Shown piece by piece: positions 32,028 through 42,944 of a stretch of 64,000 bases of DNA (position 1 is its first letter; each line of letters begins with the position of its first letter). The translations under genes and the position numbers were made by a program. The notes below the pieces were generated by a model, which made no database searches, was not told the DNA's origin, and saw only the letters and a list, made by a program, of their open reading frames with translations. The stretch comes from an uncultured delta proteobacterium (GTDB lineage Bacteria; Desulfobacterota; Syntrophia; Syntrophales; UBA5619): assembly GCA_963817385.1 (NCBI GenBank), contig CAWFOM010000005.1, positions 64,001 to 128,000 on the forward strand. Reading direction: 5' to 3'.

Positions 32028-33095
32028 TCAGCCGGACTGCTTGAGCAGGTCGGTCTGGTAATGGGTCTCCAGGGCGTCGATCATGAAGCGGATCTCTCCG
32101 TTGAGAAAATTTTCCAGGCTGTACGAGGTCAGCCCGATTCGATGGTCCGTCACCCTCCCCTGGGGAAAGTTATAGGTGCGTATCCGTTCGCTCCTGTCCC
32201 CGCTCCCCACCTGGCTTTTTCTCGTCTCGGATATCTCGGCGTTCTGCTTCTTCACCGCCGCATCGAGCAGTCTGGCCCTGAGGACCTTCATCGCTTTGTT
32301 CTTGTTCTTTAGCTGGGATTTTTCATCCTGGCAGGTCACAACGAGTCCCGTCGGCAGGTGGGTGATCCTGACGGCGGAGTCGGTTGTGTTGACGCTCTGG
32401 CCGCCGTGACCGGTCGAACGATAAACATCGATCCTGAGGTCGTTGGGATCGATATTGAGCTCCACTTCCTCTACCTCCGGCAGGATTGCTACCGTCACGG
32501 CCGAGGTGTGGATCCGCCCCTGGGCCTCCGTGATCGGCACCCGCTGGACGCGGTGGACGCCGCTTTCGTACTTCATCCGGCTGTAGGCGCCCCGTCCGCT
32601 GATCAGGGCGATGATCTCCTTGAATCCCCCCATGCCGCCGGCGGGGGTGCTGCTCATCACCTCCACTTTCCAACCGCTGTTCTCCGCGAACCGCGCATAC
32701 ATCCGAAAGAGATCCTCGGCGAAGAGGCCCGCTTCATCTCCCCCGGTGCCGGCCCGGATCTCGAGAAAGACGTTCTTCTCGTCGTTCGGATCCCGGGGCA
32801 ACAGAAGGACCCTGAGTCGGGCCTCCAGAGCCTCCAGGGCCTCCTTCAACGGGGGCAGCTCTTCCCTGGCCAGTTCCTTCAGATCCTCATCGCTCTCATT
32901 CAGGAGGGCCTGATCTTCGTCGATGCGGCGGGAGGTTTTTTCATACTCGCGGAAAGCGTCGACTAGTTGGCTGAGATCGGAATGCTCCTTGGCATACCTC
33001 TGGTAAACCCCCGGCTTGCCGACGATTGCCGGGTCGCTGAGAAGCTGCTCCAGCTCCTGGTATCGCGCTTCTACTTCTTTGAGTCTCGCAAACAT
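32028..33095 (-). CDS. prfA: Peptide chain release factor 1
   Basis: [22 protein letters not shown](PxT), GGQ, RTYNFPQ. Confidence 0.97.
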   Translation of the reverse strand: MFARLKEVEARYQELEQLLSDPAIVGKPGVYQRYAKEHSDLSQLVDAFREYEKTSRRIDEDQALLNESDEDLKELAREELPPLKEALEALEARLRVLLLPRDPNDEKNVFLEIRAGTGGDEAGLFAEDLFRMYARFAENSGWKVEVMSSTPAGGMGGFKEIIALISGRGAYSRMKYESGVHRVQRVPITEAQGRIHTSAVTVAILPEVEEVELNIDPNDLRIDVYRSTGHGGQSVNTTDSAVRITHLPTGLVVTCQDEKSQLKNKNKAMKVLRARLLDAAVKKQNAEISETRKSQVGSGDRSERIRTYNFPQGRVTDHRIGLTSYSLENFLNGEIRFMIDALETHYQTDLLKQSG

Positions 33096-33333
33096 GAAAC
33101 GTTCCCCTCATCCGCCGGGCGACCGATGCCGGTGGCGCCACCCGGCAGACGCCGACACGACGGGAATGCATGACCGGTCCGAACGCCGGTATGGGTAGTG
33201 ATGTGATGTTCCGAAAAAGATGGTTCCGGCAGCCGCAAGCCCCCGGCGCCATCCCGGAACGTTAGAGGACAGGGCTCCCGCTTCACTGACTAAAGCCGCG
33301 GCAGGAACCCCTGGTGGGAAACACGGATGGGCG

Positions 33334-33558
33334 TTACGCGGATTTCTCCGTCGATTGCTCCTTGCCGGCGTACTTTCTCTTGAATCTCTCCACGCGGCCG
33401 GCGGTATCCATGATCTTCTGCTTCCCCGTCATGAACGGATGGCACTGGGAACAGATTTCGACCTTGATGTCCTGCTTGGTGGATCTCGTTTTAATCACAT
33501 TCCCGCAGACGCAGGTAATGTTCGTTTCCTTATATTCAGGATGAATACCTTCTTTCAT
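33334..33558 (-). CDS. rpmE: 50S ribosomal protein L31 (Zn-binding type)
   Basis: [23 protein letters not shown]. Confidence 0.97.
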   Translation of the reverse strand: MKEGIHPEYKETNITCVCGNVIKTRSTKQDIKVEICSQCHPFMTGKQKIMDTAGRVERFKRKYAGKEQSTEKSA

Positions 33559-33729
33559 AACGTGCCCTTCTCCTCTTCAACGTGAATCAATCGCCGCCTT
33601 GTAGAACCTCTCGGGATTCATCTCCTCCCGCCGGTGTAAGCGGTGCCTTATAACCATTTGCCGCGTAAATCAAGCTATTTTTATCCTCGAGGCGGACGCA
33701 GCCGTCCCGGGAAACCCTTCCGGACCTGC

Positions 33730-34986
33730 CTACGAGTTCATCGAATCGAGGAAGAGCTGGTTGTTGTCGGTCTTGCGGATCTTGTCCATGATGAATTCCA
33801 TCGCGTCGACAGGGTTCATCTCCTGGAGGAGTCTCCTCAAGATCCAGATCCGGTTGAGATTGATCTTCGGGATCAGAAGTTCTTCCTTCCTCGTTCCGGA
33901 GCGGATCAGGTCAAAGGCCGGGAAGACCCTCCGATCGGCGATCCGGCGGTCCAGGTGGAGTTCCATGTTGCCCGTCCCCTTGAACTCCTCGAAGATCACC
34001 TCGTCCATACGGCTCCCCGTGTCGATCAGCGCGGTGGAGATGATCGTCAGGCTCCCGCCGTTCTCGATGTTCCGGGCGGCCCCGAAGAACCGCTTCGGTT
34101 TGTGCAGGGCATTGGAATCGACGCCGCCGGACAGAACCTTTCCGGAAGGCGGCACGACCGTGTTGTAGGCCCTGGCCAGACGGGTGATACTGTCGAGGAG
34201 GATGACGACATCCTTCCGGTGCTCGACGAGGCGCTTGGCCTTCTCGATCACCATCTCGGCCACCTGGACATGGCGCGTCGCCGGCTCGTCGAAGGTGGAG
34301 GAGATGACCTCGCCGGCCACGCTCCGTTGCATGTCCGTCACCTCTTCCGGCCTCTCGTCGATCAAAAGCACCATCAGGACGACCTCCTTGTGGTTGGCCG
34401 TGATGCTGTGGGCGATATCCTGCAAAAGTACTGTTTTGCCGGCCCGGGGCGGGGAGACGATAAGTCCCCGCTGCCCCTTGCCGATCGGTGTGAAGAGATC
34501 CATGATCCGCGTGGAAAGATTTTCCGGATTGAATTCGAGGTTCAGCTTCTCCTCGGGGTAGAGGGGGGTCAGGTTGTCGAAGAGGATCTTGTCCCGCGCC
34601 GCCTCGGGAGACTCGAAGTTTACCTCGTCCACCTTCAGGAGGGCGAAATACTTCTCCCCTTCCTTGGGGGGGCGGACCTCGCCGGATACCGTATCGCCCG
34701 TCCTCAGGCTGAAACGGCGGATCTGCGAGGGGGATATGTAGATGTCGTCCGGGCTGGGGAGGTAGTTGTAATCGACCGCGCGGAGAAATCCGAAGCCGTC
34801 CGGGAGGATCTCCAGGACCCCGGAGCCGGAAATGACGCCGTTTTTCTCGGCCTGGGCCTGCAGAATGGAGAAGATCAGGTCCTGTCTCCTCATCCCGCTG
34901 GCGCCGGCAACTTCCAGGTCTTTGGCCAGCTTTGCCAGTTCACTGATCGGCTGCCGCTTGATATCTTCTATGTTCATTAATTGCAT
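33730..34986 (-). CDS. rho: Transcription termination factor Rho
   Basis: [44 protein letters not shown]. Confidence 0.98.
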   Translation of the reverse strand: MQLMNIEDIKRQPISELAKLAKDLEVAGASGMRRQDLIFSILQAQAEKNGVISGSGVLEILPDGFGFLRAVDYNYLPSPDDIYISPSQIRRFSLRTGDTVSGEVRPPKEGEKYFALLKVDEVNFESPEAARDKILFDNLTPLYPEEKLNLEFNPENLSTRIMDLFTPIGKGQRGLIVSPPRAGKTVLLQDIAHSITANHKEVVLMVLLIDERPEEVTDMQRSVAGEVISSTFDEPATRHVQVAEMVIEKAKRLVEHRKDVVILLDSITRLARAYNTVVPPSGKVLSGGVDSNALHKPKRFFGAARNIENGGSLTIISTALIDTGSRMDEVIFEEFKGTGNMELHLDRRIADRRVFPAFDLIRSGTRKEELLIPKINLNRIWILRRLLQEMNPVDAMEFIMDKIRKTDNNQLFLDSMNS

Positions 34987-35208
34987 CCTTAGTTATGGTT
35001 CGCGTTTTCGCGGATACGACGCATCCGCCACGTATAAAAAAGCCGCTCCCGCTTTCAGCTCGCCTGACCCATCAATAATGACTGCAGATTTTATGGTATA
35101 CCGACTTATAAAAGAGGATCACGGATTTTTTTTGGGTTGCTAATTTGATCTCTGGAATCAATCCAAACGGAAGGACTTAGCACGCACCTTTCTACGTTTT
35201 AATTTTCC

Positions 35209-35236
35209 TCTATACCAAACAGATCCTCGCTGTCAA
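35209..35236 (-). promoter_or_regulatory. Putative rho promoter giving a ~220-nt leader
   Basis: TTGACA-16nt-TATAGA with TG extension. Confidence 0.5.
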
Positions 35237-36051
35237 GCATTTTTTACGGGGCCGCCATCCCTGAGCATCAAGAAGTTGATCTGTCTGCCGGTACGGCCCC
35301 CGCTTGCGCGGTGCGAAAAGAAGAGTTCCTGCCGGCAAGCCGTACAGAGACCGGCCGAGAGGATATTTCCCTCCGGTACCCCCTGCTCTCTGATCTGAAG
35401 GCGGTTGGCGAAAGCCAGATCGAGCATCCACCGGTCACTCTCCCGGCAGGGCCGGAGAAAACTGCCGGTATCGGTCCGGGATGTGAAGGCGGCGTGGACC
35501 GGAGTATCGACCTGGTAGCAGCAGGGACCGACGGCCGGCCCCATGGCGACCAGGATGTCCGAAACCCGTGAGGAGAACCGTTCGACAAAGGCGCCGACCA
35601 TCCGTGAAGCCATGCCGAGGGCGGTGCCCCGCCAGCCTGCATGGGCGACGCCGATCACCCGGCGGACGCGGTCCACGAAGAGCAGCGGCACGCAATCCGC
35701 CGTCCTGATCGCAAGGGCCATCCCCGGTCGGGCGGTGATCAGACCGTCGCATTCGGGTATGCATTCGGGAGGAGGTTCGTCCCCATCGATTACGCAGATC
35801 CTGTCGCTGTGGACTTGCCCCATCAGGACCAATCGGTCCCGGGGGATCGCGAACGCCTTGCCGACGATGGCGAGGTTCCGACGGACATCCCCCTCCCGGT
35901 CGCCCGCGAGAAAACCGGCGTTGAGACTGGAAAAAGGTCCCTCGCTCACCCCGCCGTGACGGGTGCAGAAAGCGTGGACGACAAACCCCAGCGCCGAGAA
36001 CTCTTCGGCTTCCAGATATTCGATCGCATCATGGTTGACGAAATGGAACAC
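35233..36051 (-). CDS. pgeF: PgeF/YfiH peptidoglycan editing factor
   Basis: TRHGGVS, QVH, DGLIT, TADCVP, HAGWRG, GPAVGPCCY, CTAC, FFSHR; follows rluD. Confidence 0.92.
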   Translation of the reverse strand: MFHFVNHDAIEYLEAEEFSALGFVVHAFCTRHGGVSEGPFSSLNAGFLAGDREGDVRRNLAIVGKAFAIPRDRLVLMGQVHSDRICVIDGDEPPPECIPECDGLITARPGMALAIRTADCVPLLFVDRVRRVIGVAHAGWRGTALGMASRMVGAFVERFSSRVSDILVAMGPAVGPCCYQVDTPVHAAFTSRTDTGSFLRPCRESDRWMLDLAFANRLQIREQGVPEGNILSAGLCTACRQELFFSHRASGGRTGRQINFLMLRDGGPVKNA

Positions 36052-36082
36052 TGCTTACCATCCACCCTTTCCACACTGCCGC

Positions 36083-37099
36083 TTACTGAGTACCGCGTTC
36101 CCTGAGAAATGAGCAGAGCGTGGCGATATCCTCCGGCAGGGGAGAGGAAAACCGCATCGCCTCCCCCGTCACCGGATGGGTAAAGGAGAGCCGCCATGCA
36201 TGCAGCGCCGGGCGGTCCATCGCCTTCACTCTCGCCCGTACGGCGGTATCCCCGATGTTCTTGACCCTCCCGATGCCGCCGTAGACTGTATCCCCCACGA
36301 CGGGATGACCGAGCTCCGTCAGGTGAACCCGGATCTGGTGCGTCCGGCCCGTTTCGATATCCACCTCCATGAGAGCGACGCAACCGAACCGCTCCCGGAC
36401 GCGCCAGACGGTGATCGCGTCTCTGCCCCGCCGGCTCTGCGTCGACATCCGTTTGCGGTCAGTCGGGTGCCTCCCCACGGCCGCCTCGATCCTGCCTCCA
36501 TCCGTCTGCGGATCGCCGTAGACGAGGGCCTGGTAGGTTTTTTTCACCTCATGGCGCTTGAACTGTCCGGCCAGCCCCCAGTGGGCTACATCGGATTTCG
36601 CTACCACGAGAAGACCGGAGGTCCCCTTGTCGAGACGGTGGATGATCCCGGGGCGCAGGACGCCGCCGACCCCCGAGAGGTCGCGGCAATGGTGGAGCAG
36701 CGCGTTGACCAGCGTCCCGCCCGGATGGCCGGCCGCCGGATGGACAACCATCCCTGCCGGCTTGTCGACAACCAGCAGGGAGGCGTCCTCGTAGAGGATC
36801 GTCAGGGGGATCGCCTCGGGCGCGACCCCGGAGGGTCGCGCCTCCGGGATGCGGATGGCGATGGTATCGGACGCCTTCACCTTACGTCCGGCCTTGGCCG
36901 GCCGGTCGTTCACCAGGACCCTCCCCTCCGCAACAGCCCTCTGGATCTGGGCGCGGGAGAGGCCCGGCTCCTTGCCGGCGAGGTAGCAATCGAGGCGGAG
37001 GCCCCCCTCTCCCGGTGGAACCGTGAAGCGGTGCTGCCTCTCGCCGCCGGTATCCTCGCTAATCGGGCGCGGATCGGAATTATCCGCAAAAAGCATCAT
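36083..37099 (-). CDS. rluD: 23S rRNA pseudouridine synthase (RluA/RluD family)
   Basis: S4 domain, DKPAGMVVHP, RPGIIHRLDKGTSG, TGRTHQIRVH, LHA. Confidence 0.92.
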   Translation of the reverse strand: MMLFADNSDPRPISEDTGGERQHRFTVPPGEGGLRLDCYLAGKEPGLSRAQIQRAVAEGRVLVNDRPAKAGRKVKASDTIAIRIPEARPSGVAPEAIPLTILYEDASLLVVDKPAGMVVHPAAGHPGGTLVNALLHHCRDLSGVGGVLRPGIIHRLDKGTSGLLVVAKSDVAHWGLAGQFKRHEVKKTYQALVYGDPQTDGGRIEAAVGRHPTDRKRMSTQSRRGRDAITVWRVRERFGCVALMEVDIETGRTHQIRVHLTELGHPVVGDTVYGGIGRVKNIGDTAVRARVKAMDRPALHAWRLSFTHPVTGEAMRFSSPLPEDIATLCSFLRERGTQ

Positions 37100-38538
37100 C
37101 GCCCCACTCCATCCGTCATGGCGGTCTTCATGGCGTCGCGGATCGTGGGCAACTCATCCGCATCGACCGTCCGCAAGTCAAACAGGACCCGGTCGTCGGC
37201 GACCCGGACGATGACCGGCTCCTCTCCCCGCCGGAGGCGTTCCTCGATGGCCGCCGCAGAGAAGGACGCCGCGCGGATGCCGATCAGGACCGTCGGGATC
37301 TCCCGGGTGGGGAGCGATCCTCCGCCGGCCATCGACACCCCATCCATTAGCGTGACGCTCACCCCTTCCGGCAGTGCGCGACGCAGGAGGGCAGCCAGTC
37401 GTTTCGCGCGTTTCCTCACGGCCTCCAGAGGCTCGGTCAGGGCCCTGAGGACGCGGATGTCGGCGAGGGCCTCGGCGGGCCGGAGGTACTTCACCATCGT
37501 CGCCTCCAGGGCGGCAAGCGTCAGCTTGTCGATCCGGAGCGCCCGGTTGAGGGGGTTTCGCCGTATCCGCTCCAGGATCTCGCGTTTTCCCAGGATGATC
37601 CCCGCCTGGGGCCCGCCCAGAAGCTTGTCGCCGCTGAAGGTGACCACATCCACCCCCGTGGCGATGCAGTCGCGGACGGTAGGTTCCCGCTCCAGACCGT
37701 AGCGGTCAAGCTCGATGAAGCAGCCACTCCCCAGATCGTCCATGACGGGGAGTCCGTGTCGCTTCCCGATCTCTACGAGCGAGGAGAGCTCCGCCTCCTC
37801 GGTAAAGCCCATGATCCGGAAATTGCTCGTATGCACCTTGAGGATGATCCCCGTTTCCGGACCGATCGCCTCTTCATAGTCGGCAAGCCGCGTCCGGTTG
37901 GTCGTCCCCACCTCCTTGAGACGGGCGCCGCTCTTTGCCATGACCTCGGGAATGCGGAACTCCCCGCCGATCTCGATGAGCTCCCCCCGAGAGACGATCG
38001 CCTCCTTCCCCTCGGCCAGGCTGTTCAGGACCAGAAGGACTGCCGCGGCGTTATTGTTGACTACCAGGGCGTCCTCGGCCCCCGCGAGGGCGCAGAGGAG
38101 CCGCCGGACGTGGTCGTAGCGGAGCCCCCGCTCCCCCTTCTCCAGGTCATACTCCAGGTTGGAGTATCCCCGGGCGACCTCGACGATCCGCTCCAGGGCC
38201 TCCCGGCAGAGCGGTGCGCGGCCGAGGTTGGTGTGGAGGATGACCCCCGTGGCGTTGATCACCCGTCGGAGGCGGTACGTACGGAATCCCTCGAGGACCT
38301 GCGCCGCCTGTGCCGCCGCCACTTCCTTCGTCGGCAGGCGGAGGCTTGTCTCGGCCCCTTTCTCCTGGAGGATCCGTTCCCGGAGCCCCTCCACGACCGA
38401 CCGGCATGCCTCCTTCACCAGCTCCCGCGGGACCCCGGCAAACCGCTCGCCTTTCTCCAAGAGAAGCATCATCTCATCGATCTTTGGCAGATTCCTCAGC
38501 AGTTCCTTTTTGTGATCGTCCATATCCTTAGCACCCAT
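37096..38538 (-). CDS. selA: L-seryl-tRNA(Sec) selenium transferase
   Basis: VINATGVILHTNLGRA, VNNNAAAV, SRGELIEIGG.FR, DLGSG, FSGDKLLGGPQAG. Confidence 0.97.
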   Translation of the reverse strand: MGAKDMDDHKKELLRNLPKIDEMMLLLEKGERFAGVPRELVKEACRSVVEGLRERILQEKGAETSLRLPTKEVAAAQAAQVLEGFRTYRLRRVINATGVILHTNLGRAPLCREALERIVEVARGYSNLEYDLEKGERGLRYDHVRRLLCALAGAEDALVVNNNAAAVLLVLNSLAEGKEAIVSRGELIEIGGEFRIPEVMAKSGARLKEVGTTNRTRLADYEEAIGPETGIILKVHTSNFRIMGFTEEAELSSLVEIGKRHGLPVMDDLGSGCFIELDRYGLEREPTVRDCIATGVDVVTFSGDKLLGGPQAGIILGKREILERIRRNPLNRALRIDKLTLAALEATMVKYLRPAEALADIRVLRALTEPLEAVRKRAKRLAALLRRALPEGVSVTLMDGVSMAGGGSLPTREIPTVLIGIRAASFSAAAIEERLRRGEEPVIVRVADDRVLFDLRTVDADELPTIRDAMKTAMTDGVGR

Positions 38539-39181
38539 GGTTCACGTTTCAGTCTTCAGAAAACACCTTTCTGCCACTTTAAATTATTGCATCGGAAATC
38601 AAGCGCGATTACGCGTTAATTCGTCATCGGGAAGATACACAACATACCCGTTTGAATTATCGACGCAGTTTTTTAGTTGCGCCTTCTATTGTTCCGAGCA
38701 AGATAAAGCATGTAATTTCGGTCTACAAGCCAAACGCACACAACAATCCACTCACTTTGAACCCGTTAGTGATGCAGTCAATCTTTCAGAACAAATTCCA
38801 ATAATAGATTCCCAAGTTCCGTAATATGATATTCATTGCTTTCGAAGTAATTCTGTCTCGGGATTATTGGTGTCTAGAATAAGTTTTAAAGCGTCGTAGT
38901 CAAAATTCATTCAGAAGAACGTGTCATTATAGGCGATGCGCCAGCACGAAGAGCAGGTAATTCTTGTCCTTTATCCTGGAATACAAATAGCCGCTGCGGT
39001 AGTCGTTTCGTCTATTTCTGTGCGCTGCTGTTTTGAAAGTACGAAAATGCCAAATCCAATATAAAATATTGTTTCTCTATTATTTACTTTTCTTAAAAAT
39101 GGCTTCGCGCCCTAATTTTTCAGAAACGGTTCTGACAACTTCATTTACTATATTTTGCGATTCAATCATTTTCTAATTCGC

Positions 39182-39268
39182 TCATAATGGAGGAGTGTGC
39201 AGCAGGCAGCGCGATGGCTGAGTGCAGCACCGCGCTTCTCACCCGTCTGGGCCATTAGCGGGTTGGGC
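39182..39268 (-). other. Degenerate attC-like (integron cassette) hairpin
   Basis: Minus strand GCCCAAC...CAGACGGG...AGCGCG..CGCGCT..CCTGCTG...ATTATGA: RYYYAAC start, L-box pairing with an extra A, core GTT altered to ATT. Confidence 0.35.
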
Positions 39269-40828
39269 GACCCCCCTGCAATGCCTCATACTTTGAATTC
39301 CGAAGACCGCCTCCGGCAGGACAATGCCGAGTCGCCCACCCGGCTTGAGCAGTTGCAGGCACCGTTCAAGGAACAGGATTTGAGGAGGCTGATCGTCGTG
39401 TAGTGTGGTCGTTTTCTCAACGGATTTCGTTTCCTTGTTCCGTGTCCACTTGTAGCCCAAATCGAACTGTGACAGGATCGGTTCGCCCTTGACCACGATC
39501 TTCTTACCGAAGGGAGGATTCGTGAGTACCACGTCGAACCCACCCCGCTTGATCTTCTGCTGCATCACCTCTGACCAAGTCGTCATCCGCTCCAAAGTGT
39601 TCTCGCAGAACACCCCGCCGCGACCGTCGCCGATGAGGGCCATGTACGCCTTGCAGACTTTTGCCAAGAACTGATCCTTGTCGATGCCCCGGAAGCAATC
39701 AGTGGCCATTTCGAACTCGCGCCTGGCCAAAAGACGCTCGGACCACCCCTTGCGCTTGGCCTCCTCGCGCAGCTGCCCCCACACGTGAGCCAGCGCCGTA
39801 ATCAGAAAACCTCCCGAGCCGCACGCCGGATCAATGATGCGCTCGCCCGGCTTGGGGTTCACGATCTTGACCATCATTTCGACCACATTGCGCGGCGTAA
39901 AAAACTGTCCCTCCGATCCGCGCAGAGCCGGACCGATAAACACCTCGAAGGCGTCGCCGATGGCGTCGCGGTCGGCCTCCATGATGGCATAGTTTTGGAG
40001 CTCTCCGACGACATAGGTGAGGCTGTCCGAGTCGAGCTTGATGGTGTCGCTGGCATCGAATACATCGCCGTAAGCAGCGTCTTTCACCCGCTCGAAGATG
40101 GCCTTTATACGCTTCTGGATTTCTGTTGGCGATTCGTTTACACCGGCTCGAAAAGAAACCATGTTATCGGGGTCCGTCTCTTGCTCGTCAAGGATCTTGC
40201 AGAACAGAATGTTGATGATTTCCTGGGCAAGCGCCTCGTCCCGCGTGATGCCGGTGGTCATTCCGGCCAGATGGTTTCGAAGATCGCGGAATACGGCCTT
40301 GAGGTTGGATGGTTTCTTGAGATCCTTTCGTTTGTAGAGGCCGATGTCCTCGATCCGTTGGCCTTCGCGGGGAATGTTGGGTAACGGCTCGTAGGTACGC
40401 TTACCGTCTTTATGGTGGACCTTATGAAGATAGATGTGTTCATCGCCGTTGAACCACACGCCCACCTCGGCGGCGGACATGTCCATGTAGAGCCGCAGTT
40501 GGTGCTCGCCAGCTTTCCGCTCCTTCTTTTTGCACTCCACCACCATGAACAACTCGTCCTCGGTTTTCTTAGACGAATTGAAGACCGCGATATCGACGGG
40601 GTACGACTTTTCCTCGTCCGACGGGCGGATGCGGACCCGGTATTGGGGGCGGGTTTGAATCTGGCTTTTTGCATACCCATAGTCTTCTACCAAGCGACGG
40701 GCGAAGATCTGCACTGCGCCCACTTCTTCCGGGCCGGCTTTTACCCAGTGCCCAGAGACAAAATCCTGGATCTGTCCTTCTCGCTCTTCAACTTCTTCCA
40801 CCTTCTCAAGCGGTTTCACATGCGTCAT
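39239..40828 (-). pseudogene. Restriction endonuclease-N6 adenine methyltransferase fusion (HsdR_N-type PD-(D/E)xK + MTase), C-terminally truncated
   Basis: PVDIAVF...VVECKK nuclease motif; GQFFTPR, DPACGSGGFL, LTNPPFG, FLERCL..LKPGGRLGIVLP, then an abrupt unrelated tail; no specificity domain or subunit follows. Confidence 0.75.
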
Positions 40829-41373
40829 GATCTCTTCCTCGCATCGAGTTCTTTTGCGTACTGGTCGATCAGCCCCGCATCCGCGAAGCTGAATTTGTCA
40901 TTGTCACCGATGATAATGTGGTCGTGTACTTTCATGCCGATGAGCAGGCAAGCAAGAACAAGATCCCTCGTAATGCTCTTGTCATCCTCGCTGGGCTTTG
41001 CCATACCCGACGGATGGTTATGAACAAAGACGAGGGCGGCAGCGGAGTATCGGAGCGCTATCTTGACGACTTCTCGCGGATAAACCCTGGCAGCCGTCAA
41101 CGATCCCTTAGCAACCTCCAAGATATTCAAGACATGGTTTTGCCCAGTCAATAAGATGACCTTGAAGACCTCCTGATCCAGGTCTCGCATCTCGTGAGAG
41201 AGGAGTTTCATAATGTCGTCCGAAGACTCGACATAGGGTCGATTATGGAAACCCTCAGCAAGGTAACGCTTGCTCATCTCAATGACCGCTTTGAACTGAG
41301 CGATCTTCGCGCATACTTTTGAAAATTCGTCAATTACCGCTTTCACGAAGTACGCGAGAACCGGATGAAGCAT
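40825..41373 (-). CDS. radC: RadC/JAB-domain protein, apparently N-terminally shortened
   Basis: AKIAQFKAVIE, DQEVFKVILL, VYPREV, FVHNHPSG..PS..D, HDHIIIG. Confidence 0.85.
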   Translation of the reverse strand: MLHPVLAYFVKAVIDEFSKVCAKIAQFKAVIEMSKRYLAEGFHNRPYVESSDDIMKLLSHEMRDLDQEVFKVILLTGQNHVLNILEVAKGSLTAARVYPREVVKIALRYSAAALVFVHNHPSGMAKPSEDDKSITRDLVLACLLIGMKVHDHIIIGDNDKFSFADAGLIDQYAKELDARKRS

Positions 41374-41463
41374 AAATCATCTGCTGCAGAACGAGCACCT
41401 GTTTTTCGATGGAGTTAATTCGACTGGGTCCTGACTGGCCCCTCAACTTACTCAGCGACATGT

Positions 41464-42712
41464 TCACGGGAGCAACTGCCCCCGGCAGTAGTCCCGGAAG
41501 TTGTTGACCGCCGTGAAGAACTCCCGCATCAGGACCACCCAGGCATACCGGCCCCGCCGCGTCAGGGTGATGTTGGGCGGATGCCAGGCGAGCGCCCCGA
41601 TCAGGGCGAAGGCGAGCAGGTCCGGCCAGAGGAGGCTCGAGGAACGCCCCGCCGTACTTCTTCCGCAGCTCCGCCGCATTGAGGGTGGTCCCGAAGAGTT
41701 TCATGAGGAAATCGTAACGGATCCGGTCCCGGACGGAAAAGACGCGGGAAGCCGCGAGCGGCAGCTCGCCCCGGTCGACCTGGGCGATGTAGCCGCGGAT
41801 ATCGAAGGTGTTGGCGTAGCAGGTGCCGTTCAGGTAGCCGATCGAACCGCTGCCGAGCCCCGCATACTCGTCGTAATCGACGATGTACTCATCGATCATC
41901 GCCTTCTGCCGCGAGAAGCACCAGGCCGACGAAAACCGGTACGCCGGGACGAGGCGCCGGACGATCTGATGGTAGAGACGCTCCTCCTGCCCGCGGTCCA
42001 TGCGCCCGAGCGTCTCCGTAACCTTCTTGCGGGTCGAATCGGAGACCATCAGGGGGTAGAAGGTCACCTGATCGATGCCGATCGCGAGGAGGGTTTCCAG
42101 ATCCCGATCGAGCATGGCCGGGGTCTGGGTCGGGAAATTGAAGATCATGTCGGCGTTGAGCGTCCCGAAGCGCCCGAGGGTCTGACGGAGCTTCTCGGCG
42201 ATCGCCTCGCCGCTCCCGTACTTGTCATAGCGGTCCATCTTTTGGAGCAGACCGTCATCGAAGCTCTGTACGCCGACGGAGAGCCGGTTGACTCCCATCC
42301 GCTCAAGGACCGCCAGGCGCTCCTCGGTCAGGTGGTTCGGGTTGGTTTCGACCGACAGCTCCCGGATGTGAAACGAGCTGCGCGCCAGGGCGATCGTCTC
42401 CTCCAGCTCGTCGACCAGGACCGTCGGCGTGCCGCCCCCCGCATAGATCGCCCCGAAGTCATATCCCTTTTCCCGGTAGAGGATGAGCTCCTTGCGAAGC
42501 GCCCGGAAATAGGCACGGCAGAGCTCTTCCGCAAATGTCACGCGGTTGAAGGAGCAGTAGGGGCAGAGCCGTTCGCAAAACGGGATATGGAGATAGAGGA
42601 GCCGGGGCCGCGGATCGCCCGGAGGAGGCAGATGGGGCGGCCCCTCGCCCTCGAACCGCATCGCCCGGGAGAATTCGCGTCCGGCCTTCCGTGCAATGAT
42701 GGAATAGATCAA
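41464..42712 (-). CDS. menK: HemN-like class C radical SAM enzyme, probable menaquinone methyltransferase (MenK/MqnK); +1 frameshift at ~41641
   Basis: LYLHIPFCERLCPYCSF, GGGTPT, RLSVGVQSF, QVTFYPLM, C-terminal MREFF..VN.FR in the shifted frame. Confidence 0.7.
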
Positions 42713-42944
42713 TGGGAACTCCCGCCTAAAAAAAGTCGGCAAACCGTTTGCCGATCGTCCGCATGAGCGGCTGTAAGCAGGGTGAAAATTACCAGACATC
42801 TCCGGATTCTGCAAGGAAGGAAATGGCAGGAGGGAAATGGCGAACTCCTTGAAATACCTCTCCGATGGTGTTATAGGAGAACCGATAGATCGGTCCGGGC
42901 GGGACGATCAAAGCCGTTTGCCGGCATACAACGGAAGGGATTTG

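Larger units (their letters stand above)
38540..41468. mobile_element. Decayed ~2.9 kb insert (radC + RM fusion + AT-rich remnant) bounded by a 7-bp direct repeat
   Basis: GTTCACG at 38540-38546 and 41462-41468; compositional shift; mobile-type cargo genes, both truncated; no integrase seen. Confidence 0.5.

Noticed and set aside
32028..33095. Programmed frameshift in the release factor
   Set aside because: The gene is continuous and has the RF1 PxT motif; the frameshift is a prfB feature.
42736..42756. GGCAAACC motif suggesting a c-di-GMP-I riboswitch
   Set aside because: It forms only a simple hairpin (TCGGCAAAC...GTTTGCCGA); the GAAA tetraloop stem and second stem are absent.
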